Below are positions 26,722-35,405 of a DNA stretch of 64,000 bases, one piece after another. The notes below the pieces were generated by a model, which saw nothing but the letters and a program-made list of their open reading frames with translations, had not been told where the DNA came from and searched no databases. Where the stretch lies: NCBI GenBank assembly GCA_965223705.1, contig OZ245015.1, positions 3,842,582-3,906,581 on the forward strand, in the 5' to 3' direction. The stretch comes from Myxococcota bacterium. GTDB lineage: Bacteria > Myxococcota_A > UBA9160 > UBA6930. A program made the position numbers and the translations under genes. Positions within the stretch are counted from its first letter, which is position 1. The number at the start of each line of letters is the position of its first letter.

Positions 26722-28185
26722 ATGAACCTCGCAGCGCCTAGAGGGGCGGCGGCGCGAACGGTCGGGCTGCGTCTTCACTTCGGACCGCTGGTGCGTCAAC
26801 GGATCGTTCGAGAAGCACTCGGTGCGTTGGACCTCATCGTCGTCGCCGGCTGCTTCGCGCTCTACGCCGCGTTGCGAGAAGGCGCGCCCTTTCCGCTCGG
26901 TCCTCTCGGGCTCTTCGCCATCGTGCTCGTCCTGGCGATCTGGCACGCGGTCTTCCGCGCGCTCGGTCTCTACCCAGGAGCGCCCATCGTGTTGCGGCCC
27001 GAAGGGTGGCGTCTCGCTGCCGCCGCGGTTTTCGCCGTCGCAACCGGCGCCCTGACAGCGCACGTCGCCGACTTCTCGGTCTCCGCGCAGGCGCTACTCA
27101 TCGGCGCGCCCTCGGTCGGCATCGCTCTCGCACTCGGTCGGGCGTCCTTTGCGCGACTCTTGAGTCTCGCGCTGCGCAGCCCTCGGCGTCTGCAGCGCGT
27201 ACTCGTCATCGGGAGCGGTCACGCCGCGCTCGATTTCGCGGAGCGAATTCGCTCCATCCCGGAACTCGGATTCGAGGTTGTCGGCTTCGTGGACGACCAC
27301 TGGCGCGGCTTGGAAGCGTTTCGCAACCTCGGCCAACACCTGGTCTCGGATCTCAAAAACGCTCCGGACTTCCTGCGCGAGGAAGTCGTCGACGACGTCG
27401 TGATCGCGGCGCCCTTGTCCGCCGTCGGCGAACACATGGGCCCTCTCCTACAAGCCTGCCGAAGCCTCGGGATTCATGTTCGAATTCTCGGGTCTGCGTT
27501 CGATCATTTGCACGCGGCGCTCCCGGATCTCGAAGACGAAACCGCCCTGGTGATCAGCGCGAGCGCGAGTATCAGCGATCAATGGTCCTTGGTTGCCAAG
27601 CGTGCCTTCGACATCGTCGCTTCGTCCGCTCTGTTGATCGCGACGTCGCCGCTTCTAGCCGGAACGGCCCTTCTGATCGCTCTCTCATCGCCGGGACCGG
27701 TCTTTTTCGTTCAGGAGCGGCTCGGATTGCGGCGGCGACGGTTCGAGATGTTCAAGTTTCGAACGATGCGCGACGGCGCGGAACGAGAGGTCGCGAAGCT
27801 CGAAGATCGCAATCAAGTCGACGGCGCAGTGTTCAAGATCGGCGATGATCCGCGGCTCACGCCGATCGGAAAATGGCTGCGCCGCTTCAGCATCGACGAA
27901 CTCCCGCAACTCTGGAACGTCTTCCGCGGCGACATGAGCTTGGTCGGTCCACGCCCGCTCCCGGTTCGCGACTACCTCCGCTTCGAGGAGCTGCCCCATC
28001 TGCGCCGGTTCAGCGTTCGACCCGGGTTGACGGGCCTTTGGCAGATCAGCGGACGCAGCACCCTTTCTTTCGAGCGGTGGATCGAGCTCGACCTCCGCTA
28101 CATCGACGAGTGGTCGCTCGCCCTCGACGTGAAGATTCTCGCCAAGACGCCGGCGGCGGTGGTCTCCGGTCGGGGGGCGTATTGA
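26722..28185 (+). CDS. Polyprenyl-phosphate hexose-1-phosphate transferase (WbaP/CpsE-type priming sugar transferase)
   Basis: 487 aa with N-terminal TM segments, a central Rossmann-like region, and the C-terminal bacterial sugar transferase domain FKFRTMRDGAE...DELPQLWNVFRGDMSLVGPRPLP. Confidence 0.85.
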   Translation: MNLAAPRGAAARTVGLRLHFGPLVRQRIVREALGALDLIVVAGCFALYAALREGAPFPLGPLGLFAIVLVLAIWHAVFRALGLYPGAPIVLRPEGWRLAAAAVFAVATGALTAHVADFSVSAQALLIGAPSVGIALALGRASFARLLSLALRSPRRLQRVLVIGSGHAALDFAERIRSIPELGFEVVGFVDDHWRGLEAFRNLGQHLVSDLKNAPDFLREEVVDDVVIAAPLSAVGEHMGPLLQACRSLGIHVRILGSAFDHLHAALPDLEDETALVISASASISDQWSLVAKRAFDIVASSALLIATSPLLAGTALLIALSSPGPVFFVQERLGLRRRRFEMFKFRTMRDGAEREVAKLEDRNQVDGAVFKIGDDPRLTPIGKWLRRFSIDELPQLWNVFRGDMSLVGPRPLPVRDYLRFEELPHLRRFSVRPGLTGLWQISGRSTLSFERWIELDLRYIDEWSLALDVKILAKTPAAVVSGRGAY

Positions 28186-28958
28186 TGGAGATCGTCGAAG
28201 CAAGCGGTGCGTGGCCTCCGAAGCTCCGCGTCTTCGACGTCGGCGTAAGCCCGGTCGATTATGACCGCGCCGAAAGCGCGGTCATCGCCGCTGCCCGGCA
28301 GCGCCGGGGTGGCATCGTCGACCACATGTCGGTGCACGGATTGATGCTGGCGCGCCGAGATCCCGAATTCCGTCGTATCCTCTGCGACTTCGACCTGGTC
28401 GCCGCCGACGGTCAGCCGGTTCGCTGGGCGTTGAACCGCTTCCACGGAACCGCCCTCGAGGATCGGGTTTACGGCCCCGAACTCATGCTCCGTTTGTGCC
28501 GCCGTGCCGCGACCGAGAAGATGGGCATCTATCTGTTGGGCGGAAGCGAAGCGGTCCTGTCGGCGTTGTGTCGACGGCTCCCCGAGGTCGCGCCGGGGCT
28601 CGTGATCTCCGGCGCGGAATCGCCGCCTTTTCGCGAACTCACGTCCATCGAAGAGACGGAGACCATCGACCGCATCAACCGAAGCGGTGCGAGCTTGGCA
28701 TTCATCGGGCTCGGCTGCCCGAAGCAAGAAGCGTTCGCCTCGCGCAACCGCCACCGGGTCCGTGCGGTACAGCTCTGCGTCGGCGCGGCGTTCGACTTCC
28801 ATGCCGGCGCGAAACCGACGGCGCCGGCCTGGCTCCAGCGCGCGGGGCTCGAGTGGGCGTTTCGGCTCGCGACCGAACCCCGTCGGCTGTTCTCCCGGTA
28901 CCTCGTCAACAACACGCTCTTCCTGTTGAGCTACGCCCGTGGCAATCGCCCTTCCTAG
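28185..28958 (+). CDS. WecB/TagA/CpsF-family glycosyltransferase (GT26)
   Basis: The ATG at 28185 overlaps the stop of the priming transferase. The length (~257 aa) and the motifs VAADGQPVRWA, IYLLGGSE and FIGLGCPKQE are typical of GT26. Confidence 0.8.
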   Translation: MEIVEASGAWPPKLRVFDVGVSPVDYDRAESAVIAAARQRRGGIVDHMSVHGLMLARRDPEFRRILCDFDLVAADGQPVRWALNRFHGTALEDRVYGPELMLRLCRRAATEKMGIYLLGGSEAVLSALCRRLPEVAPGLVISGAESPPFRELTSIEETETIDRINRSGASLAFIGLGCPKQEAFASRNRHRVRAVQLCVGAAFDFHAGAKPTAPAWLQRAGLEWAFRLATEPRRLFSRYLVNNTLFLLSYARGNRPS

Positions 28959-30432
28959 ACAACGGGGCGGAATACAACGGGCCTATGCCGCGCTGTTGTA
29001 CCCGCCGCTCGTCATCGCGGGAGCCGTCGGAGCCATCTGGTACCCCCTGCCCTCGCTCGCCGCCGTCACTGCGCTCACGGGTTTCTCCATGTTGGGGCGC
29101 GACGTCGTCGAGAGGCTCCCGCGGGTTTTTGCGATCGTTTTGGGTGTCGTCCTCGCCGGCTATGCATTTCTCGGACGGGGCTTTGCGCACTTGGGCGTGC
29201 CACCGATCTATGTCGGCGAGATCGCATTGGCGATCGGGGCCGTCGCGCTGGTATTCACGGGACGGATCCGACGTGCCCTCGAAGCTCCGGCAGCCTGGAT
29301 CATCCTCCTCCTCGCACTGTGGGGCGCGCTCCGAACCGTGCCCTATATCGACCGCTACGGTCTCGACGCCCTTCGAGACGCAACACTGTGGGGCTATTCC
29401 GCGTTCGCACTCATCGTCGCCGGACTCTCCGGGCGCGCTTCACTGCGCGGCGCCGTCTTGGTTTACCGGCGCGCGGTGCCCTACTTCCTGCTCGCGGTAC
29501 CGGTGATGTCGTGGATCTTCATCCGCTTCGCGAGCGGGCTCCCGGTCGTCCCGGGGAGCCACGGCATCACGATTCTCTTCGTCAAGTTCGGTGATATCGG
29601 CGTTCACCTGGCCGGCGTCGGCGCTTTTCTCGGCGCGGGTCTGTACGAACGGCTCACGACAAAACCGTCTCGCCCGATGGCATGGGTCAATTGGACCCTG
29701 TTCGCGCTCGGCACGGCCATCGTCTTCTCGCTGAGCCGAAGCGGGCTCGTCAGCGTGGCCTTTGCGTTGTTCGTCGTGTTCCTGGCGCGGCCCTGGGGAG
29801 CCTTCTGGAGGCTGGTTCCGATCGGATTTGCGGGGCTCGTATTGCTCGTGTCCCTCGGCCATACAGGTTTTTCGTCGCGGTGGGAGCGGTCCATCTCCAC
29901 GACGCAGATTGTCGACAACGTCATGAGCATCCTCGATTCGTCGGCGCGAACAGATGGACTCGGTGACAATGTGCGCTGGCGCTTTCGCTGGTGGAACCGC
30001 ATCGCGAAGGACACCGCGTTCGGTGCCGAACGCTTTACCGGCCGCGGCTACGGGGTCAATCTCGCGAAGGTCGATGGGTTTCTCGGAGACGCGGAAGCCG
30101 ATCAAAAGCTGCGCAGTCCGCACAGCGCGCACATGAACTTTCTCGCCCGGGGCGGTTTGCCCGGCCTGGGCATCTGGGTCGGCTTCATCGTCGTCTTCGC
30201 CGGTCTCCAGATCGGGGCTTATCGACGTGCGCGTGCGGGAGGGAACGAAACGCTGGCCCGGGTGATCTTGTTCTTGCTCGCGTACTGGAGCGCTTTCCTC
30301 GTCAATGCGAGTTTCGACGTGTACCTCGAGGGTCCTCAAGGCGGCATTTGGTTCTGGTGTGTCACGGGGATTGCCATGGCGGCCATCGTCGTCGCGCGGC
30401 GGGAGACGGCTCCCGCTCCGTCGCGTGTTTGA
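28939..30432 (+). CDS. O-antigen ligase/polymerase-like membrane protein (Wzy-type)
   Basis: 497 aa with about 10-12 predicted TM helices and a large loop containing a SPHSAHMNFLARGGLPG-like motif typical of the Wzy_C/O-antigen ligase family. The call rests on family-level resemblance and context. Confidence 0.65.
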   Translation: MAIALPRQRGGIQRAYAALLYPPLVIAGAVGAIWYPLPSLAAVTALTGFSMLGRDVVERLPRVFAIVLGVVLAGYAFLGRGFAHLGVPPIYVGEIALAIGAVALVFTGRIRRALEAPAAWIILLLALWGALRTVPYIDRYGLDALRDATLWGYSAFALIVAGLSGRASLRGAVLVYRRAVPYFLLAVPVMSWIFIRFASGLPVVPGSHGITILFVKFGDIGVHLAGVGAFLGAGLYERLTTKPSRPMAWVNWTLFALGTAIVFSLSRSGLVSVAFALFVVFLARPWGAFWRLVPIGFAGLVLLVSLGHTGFSSRWERSISTTQIVDNVMSILDSSARTDGLGDNVRWRFRWWNRIAKDTAFGAERFTGRGYGVNLAKVDGFLGDAEADQKLRSPHSAHMNFLARGGLPGLGIWVGFIVVFAGLQIGAYRRARAGGNETLARVILFLLAYWSAFLVNASFDVYLEGPQGGIWFWCVTGIAMAAIVVARRETAPAPSRV

Positions 30433-31903
30433 GCGCGCCCTGCTTTACACGGCGCTCGCGACGACGCTCGGTTGCGCCGAACCGCCGGAAGCCGCCGCCG
30501 TCGCTCACTGCGCGACGCCCGCCGAGGCGGTTCGCATTGCGCCGGGAACACCGATCCAGGAGACGATCGAACGCCATCCGCCGGGAACGAGCTTCCTGTT
30601 GGAAGCGGGCGTCCACGCGCTCCAGCGGGTGGAACCCCGCGATGGAGACGGCTTCTACGGAGATCGCGACGCGACTTGCGAGCGGCTGACGACACTCCGC
30701 GGCGCGCGGCGTCTGGTTCGCTTCCGACAAGCCGGAGACTACTTCGCCGCCGACTACGACCCCCCCGACGCGGAGAGAAACGGCTTTTGCCTGCCCGGTT
30801 TTCCGCGGTGCGACCGTGCAGAGGAAGCCTTTCTGGACGATCGACGCCTCCACCGCGTCGCGGTCCGCGAGGAGCTCGCCCCCGGCCGATGGTTTCTCGA
30901 CGAGCAATCGAGGAGTGTCGTCCTCGCGGATTCGCCGATCGGACGGCGCGTCGAGATCTCCGAAACGCGGTTCGCTTTCGCGTCGCGAGCGCGCGACGTT
31001 CGGATCGAGGGGCTCGTCGTCGAGAAGTACGCGAATCCCGCTCAGATGGGTGCCATCGGCGAGCGGGGCCCTGGCCCGGGATGGCGCGTCGTCGACAACG
31101 AAATCCGTCACAACCACGGTGCGGGCGTGAGTGTGACCGACGGCGGCATCATTCAGAACAACGCCATCCTCCACAACGGACAACTCGGAGCGACAGCGGA
31201 TGGCTCCGGCGTTGCTGTTCGGGGCAATGAGATTGCCTTCAACAATACTTCCGGGTTCGACGCTTCTTGGGAAGCGGGCGGCGCTAAATTCGCGGCGACG
31301 CGCGAACTGACACTGGAACGAAACTGTGTACACCACAATCGGGGCCCCGGGCTCTGGGTGGATGTCGATGCGCGCGGGACGCGATTTCTAAGGAACACGG
31401 TCTTCGAAAACGACGGCGAGGGCATCTTCGTCGAGATCAGCCGCAACGCGGAAATCCGGCAAAATCGGCTCGGCCGCAACGGTCGCGGCGGCCGCTGGCT
31501 CTATGGCGCGAACGTATTGATCTCGGGATCGCGCAACACGCACACCGCCGGCAATTTCATCGAAGTCGCACCCGACTACGGGCACGGCGTGATGATCATT
31601 TGGCAGGAACGCGAAGATGCCTTCGCGCCCGCGGGCCATCGCGTCGAAGACAACGAAATCGTATTTAGCGGACCCGTTGGCCACCAAGGCTCGGCGACAG
31701 ATTTCGACGCCGGCACACAGCGACTCGCGACGAACGTCGCGTTCGCGAACAATCGCTATCGCATGTCGAGGCCGGAGACAGCGCGTTTCGAATGGAACGA
31801 CCGGTTGCTGCCGCTCTCCGCGCTGCAGGAGCTCGGACAAGAAGAGGGCAGTCGCGTGTTGCCGCGCAGGGTGCCGGTCGCGTGGAGTTGCCCCGCCGAT
31901 TAA
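30425..31903 (+). CDS. Right-handed parallel beta-helix repeat lipoprotein (pectate-lyase fold; polysaccharide lyase, hydrolase or epimerase-like)
   Basis: The GTG at 30425 overlaps the wzy-like stop. Lipobox ATTLGC. It has serial PbH1-type repeats (NEIRHNHGAGVSV, NNAILHNGQLG, GNEIAFNN, RNCVHHNRGPGLWVD, NTVFENDGEGIFVE, IRQNRLGRNG). Confidence 0.7.
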   Translation: MFERALLYTALATTLGCAEPPEAAAVAHCATPAEAVRIAPGTPIQETIERHPPGTSFLLEAGVHALQRVEPRDGDGFYGDRDATCERLTTLRGARRLVRFRQAGDYFAADYDPPDAERNGFCLPGFPRCDRAEEAFLDDRRLHRVAVREELAPGRWFLDEQSRSVVLADSPIGRRVEISETRFAFASRARDVRIEGLVVEKYANPAQMGAIGERGPGPGWRVVDNEIRHNHGAGVSVTDGGIIQNNAILHNGQLGATADGSGVAVRGNEIAFNNTSGFDASWEAGGAKFAATRELTLERNCVHHNRGPGLWVDVDARGTRFLRNTVFENDGEGIFVEISRNAEIRQNRLGRNGRGGRWLYGANVLISGSRNTHTAGNFIEVAPDYGHGVMIIWQEREDAFAPAGHRVEDNEIVFSGPVGHQGSATDFDAGTQRLATNVAFANNRYRMSRPETARFEWNDRLLPLSALQELGQEEGSRVLPRRVPVAWSCPAD

Positions 31904-32976
31904 GCTTCGGCTCGGACCGCCTCAGCGAGCTCGCTGCGAAGCATGCGTGCCGCGGATGTCATCGCTTCTCGGCTGTCCGACAGGGACGTGAGCCTCTCTC
32001 CAGGCAAGACCGTGTGGTTGTTGTTGTACGGGCGGAGCTGCCGGTGTGCGCGGCCTTCCGCGAGCTCGCGCAGCGCGTTTCGCTGGTGATAGCGCGCCCG
32101 CATCGCGTCCTCGAAGACGGGCAGTCGCGAACCCAAGTAGCCCGCGATGATGTCCTTCCGCCGCCAGACGAAAGCGACCGCTGGCTTCGCTGTGTTCTCT
32201 ACCAAAGCGCGCAGCGGACTCGGCGCGGGATCGGGCGGAAGCTTTTCGATCCGACACGGAACCCCTTCGAGTTCGGCGTAGTACCGATGAAGCTCTTCCC
32301 AACTCCACGCGGGCTCGGACACCAAGGTGTAGCGGCCGGGTCGCTCGTCTCCGCGAGCGGCGGCCGCGACAGCGTCCGCAATCGAATAAGCGAATACCGA
32401 GTAAGACGGTGCGTCCGGCACATACACCGTCTCACCCGAAGTATCGCGCACTTCCTGTCGGAGTTTTCGCGATACCGCCTGGAGTTCGCCGTGCACGACA
32501 CCGACGCGCATCACGAAGGCGGGTCGTCCCGTTGTTTCACAGTTCGCGTCGACAAGTTGTTCTGCGTAGCGCTTCAGCGTCCCGTAGCTGTTTCGCGAGA
32601 ATCGATAGTGGCGGAGCGGGCTGCGAAAATCGGGAAATCCAAACGCCGTGATGCTGCTCAGATAGATATAGGGGACGCCGGCGGGCGAAGCGGCGATGGC
32701 AGGCGGAATGATCGCGTCCATCGCGCGTCGAACTTCGATCGCCGACCCGGTCGGGAGCGTAAAGTCCGCGACCGCATCGCAACCTTCGAACAGACTGGCT
32801 GCGTCGGGATCGCTCGCCGAGCCGTGCCGACACGCAAACCCGAGACGCCGTAGGAATGCCGAGCCCTGGCGGTTTCTGCAGATCGGTACCACGGTGACGT
32901 CCGGGCGCTGCCGCAGAAAGAGCGCCACTTCACAACCGACCTGACCGTTCGCTCCGAGGATGGCGATGCGCTTCAC
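31900..32976 (-). CDS. NAD(P)-binding Rossmann-fold protein, atypical or extended SDR (sugar-nucleotide modifying, function unclear)
   Basis: MKRIAILGANGQVGCEVALFL glycine-rich N-terminus and a possible YxxxK (SYGTLK). Its start overlaps the stop of the upstream Gfo/Idh/MocA gene by 4 nt. Confidence 0.55.
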   Translation of the reverse strand: MKRIAILGANGQVGCEVALFLRQRPDVTVVPICRNRQGSAFLRRLGFACRHGSASDPDAASLFEGCDAVADFTLPTGSAIEVRRAMDAIIPPAIAASPAGVPYIYLSSITAFGFPDFRSPLRHYRFSRNSYGTLKRYAEQLVDANCETTGRPAFVMRVGVVHGELQAVSRKLRQEVRDTSGETVYVPDAPSYSVFAYSIADAVAAAARGDERPGRYTLVSEPAWSWEELHRYYAELEGVPCRIEKLPPDPAPSPLRALVENTAKPAVAFVWRRKDIIAGYLGSRLPVFEDAMRARYHQRNALRELAEGRAHRQLRPYNNNHTVLPGERLTSLSDSREAMTSAARMLRSELAEAVRAEA

Positions 32977-34016
32977 GACGCGTCCTCCTCTCCGGCGAGG
33001 GCGCCGACCAACGCACTGGTGAGTTCGGCGGCCGTCGCGGTCGTGTAATTCCCCACCGCGTTCCGCACCCCTTCGAGATAGTCGGACCAGTACGCCGCGA
33101 AGGTTTGGAACTTGGTGACGGGATGAAAGGGCTCCTCACCGGGCCGGAGCGTGTACACGGCGCCGCCGGCGCGTGGGCGGACCCGGATGTCGTAGGACAC
33201 GGCGTCACCCACCAACGCATAACCCTGCCCGACCAAAGGGTACGAGAGCTCGGCGCGATCGAAGTCGAAGACCACTTCTTCCCGCGTATTCTCGAGAGCC
33301 GTCAGCGTAATCTCGCACCTGACGTCCGATCCGTGCGGCGTATCCAACGACAGCTCGGCGTGGGTGTGAAGGTCGAAACCGTCATCGTCGCGGATCACGT
33401 GAAGCTCGCGCACGGCGAAAGCCCGGGCGCCGGACGCGAATAGCAGTGTATCGATGCCGTGAATGCCGACTTCGGACACGAAGCCACCGCCGCCGCGACT
33501 CGCGTCGAAGTAAAAGCGGCCGTGGGTCACCAAACCGGGTCGTCCAAAACCCACCCGCACGGAACGAAGCGGCCCGAAGAGCCCGTGGTCGAGTAACCGC
33601 CGCAGGCCTTGGGTCGGACCGAACGCGCGCATCATCAACCCCGAAGCCAACGCGTGTTCGGGAAACCGGGAGCTCGTCCGGCGGTGTTGTGCGAGATCGA
33701 TCGCGAACGGTTTTTCGACGTAGAGCGCCTGCTTGCGCTCCACCAGGGCGTCGTAATACGCGTCGCGCACACCCAAAGGGGTTGCGAGCAACATGACGTC
33801 CGCCGTCGGGAGGTTCGACAAGTCCGAAGGTAAGACGACATCCCGCACGCGGTAAGCGCGCGCGAGCTCCCGAGCCCGCGTCGCGTCGAGATCGGTCAGC
33901 CAGGCGACCGCAACCTCGGGCATCGCGTGCAAGACCGGCAGGTGCACCGCGCGCACGATGTCCCCGGCGCCGATAATCCCGACTCGAATCGGGCCCACTG
34001 CTCCGTCGCTCGTCAT
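32973..34016 (-). CDS. Gfo/Idh/MocA-family oxidoreductase
   Basis: IRVGIIGAGDIVRAVHLPVL N-terminal NAD-binding domain, an EKP motif (LYVEKPFA), and a C-terminal alpha/beta domain. Confidence 0.8.
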   Translation of the reverse strand: MTSDGAVGPIRVGIIGAGDIVRAVHLPVLHAMPEVAVAWLTDLDATRARELARAYRVRDVVLPSDLSNLPTADVMLLATPLGVRDAYYDALVERKQALYVEKPFAIDLAQHRRTSSRFPEHALASGLMMRAFGPTQGLRRLLDHGLFGPLRSVRVGFGRPGLVTHGRFYFDASRGGGGFVSEVGIHGIDTLLFASGARAFAVRELHVIRDDDGFDLHTHAELSLDTPHGSDVRCEITLTALENTREEVVFDFDRAELSYPLVGQGYALVGDAVSYDIRVRPRAGGAVYTLRPGEEPFHPVTKFQTFAAYWSDYLEGVRNAVGNYTTATAAELTSALVGALAGEEDAS

Positions 34017-34050
34017 TCTCGCGTCCGCTCCACTTCCGCTGAAACCGCTC

Positions 34051-35265
34051 TCAATCCACTACCGCGGGTCGCACCCGGAAGAACAGCACAGCTACACCCC
34101 CGAGCGCCAAGGCCGCGGCGGAGAGCATCGCGACGACCACACCGGGCAAGCCGAGGGAACTCGCGAGGGGCCACACCGCGGCCAAGAACAGCGCGGCCGC
34201 GGCGGCGTAACCGAGAAAGATCCGCTGCGGGACCCGATTGACACGCAACCCCACATTGACGGCCTCGGCCAAGGCCCAGCCGACCCCGGTGAGAAGGACC
34301 CACGGAAGTAGAGGTGCATGGCTCGTGTAGTTGCCGTCGTAGAGAAGGCCGATCACGCGCTCACCGGCCAACGAGACGGGCAGCACGTAAAGTACGGCCG
34401 CCGCGGCACACAGGCCGAGCAGGCCGGCGATCGGCGCGCGTGGAACGCCCTGCGGCTCGCTGCCGTAGCGGGCCGCCAGGTGAGGCGTTGCGAGGCGGAG
34501 CAGCGCAATCAAGGCATGGTTCATGGGCATGGCGAGGTTCCACAGCGCCCGAAGAGCGCCTGCCGCCTCGCCACCCCGGAAAGCGGCCGCGACGGAAAAG
34601 CACAGACTCTGCGGGAGCCACATGACGAGGGCGACGCCGAACTCGTAACGACCGAGCGCAAAGCTCCGCGTCAGGACATCTCGCCACACGACCTCCCCCG
34701 TGGTACCGCGAAAATCCGGCCGTAAGCGCCACAACAGAAACGCGGTGAGCGTCGCGGCGCCAGCGGCCATTGAAACGAAGCCCGTCCAAGTCGATGCGTG
34801 GCCGACGGCGCGCAGCCCGAACAAGGTGCCTAATTGCGCTGTGGCGTATAGGGCCGCGCCGAGAGCCGCCTCGCCGGATCGCAGATTGAGGTACAGAGCT
34901 CCTCGCGCGAACCAGAAGAGGACGACGGGCGGCAGGGCCAGAGCCAGGCCGAACGCCGCTTCGGACGCCGTAGCGCTCCGGGCTTGCAGGCCCCATGCGA
35001 CGAGCGCACACACCGCCGCGAGCGGGACCACCGTAAGCGCGTGCATTCGGAACAAGGTCGCGACGTACGCCCGTAGCCGCTCGCGGTAGACGCTCGGCCC
35101 GAGCACGAGCGACGGGATAAGAAGAAGGGCCTGGTAGACATTCGCGACGAGCATCAACACGGTGAACGCGATCGCGAACGCTCCGTACTCCGCGGCGGGA
35201 AGCCAACGAGCCAGGGCGGCGCTCAGCACGAAGTTCGACCCCGCGATAAGCCCTTGATCGAGCAC
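34051..35265 (-). CDS. Oligosaccharide/polysaccharide flippase (Wzx-like, MOP superfamily)
   Basis: 404 aa, about 10-12 TM helices. The N-terminus LDQGLIAGSNFVLSAALARWLPAAEYGAF resembles flippase-family N-termini. Context is the EPS locus. Confidence 0.65.
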   Translation of the reverse strand: MLDQGLIAGSNFVLSAALARWLPAAEYGAFAIAFTVLMLVANVYQALLLIPSLVLGPSVYRERLRAYVATLFRMHALTVVPLAAVCALVAWGLQARSATASEAAFGLALALPPVVLFWFARGALYLNLRSGEAALGAALYATAQLGTLFGLRAVGHASTWTGFVSMAAGAATLTAFLLWRLRPDFRGTTGEVVWRDVLTRSFALGRYEFGVALVMWLPQSLCFSVAAAFRGGEAAGALRALWNLAMPMNHALIALLRLATPHLAARYGSEPQGVPRAPIAGLLGLCAAAAVLYVLPVSLAGERVIGLLYDGNYTSHAPLLPWVLLTGVGWALAEAVNVGLRVNRVPQRIFLGYAAAAALFLAAVWPLASSLGLPGVVVAMLSAAALALGGVAVLFFRVRPAVVD

Positions 35266-35405
35266 TGCGAGGGACCCTTTGCGTGCCCAAAATCCGATGG
35301 CCGCCGACGAGATCTGGATTTTCGACGCGATGGGGACCTCGGTGAAACGAAGGCGCCAGCTCGTGGGCCAGAGCCGGCGACTCCCGTACGTTTACGGGCT
35401 CGTCC

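Noticed and set aside
35266-35394. Possible N-terminal extension of the flippase (in-frame ...IASKIQISSAAIGFWARKGSLA upstream of the GTG at 35265)
   Set aside because: The open frame runs back to a TAA at 35392-94 but contains no ATG, GTG or TTG. The resemblance to flippase N-termini is vague, unlike the clear-cut Rossmann motif in the LhgO-like case, so I kept the GTG start.
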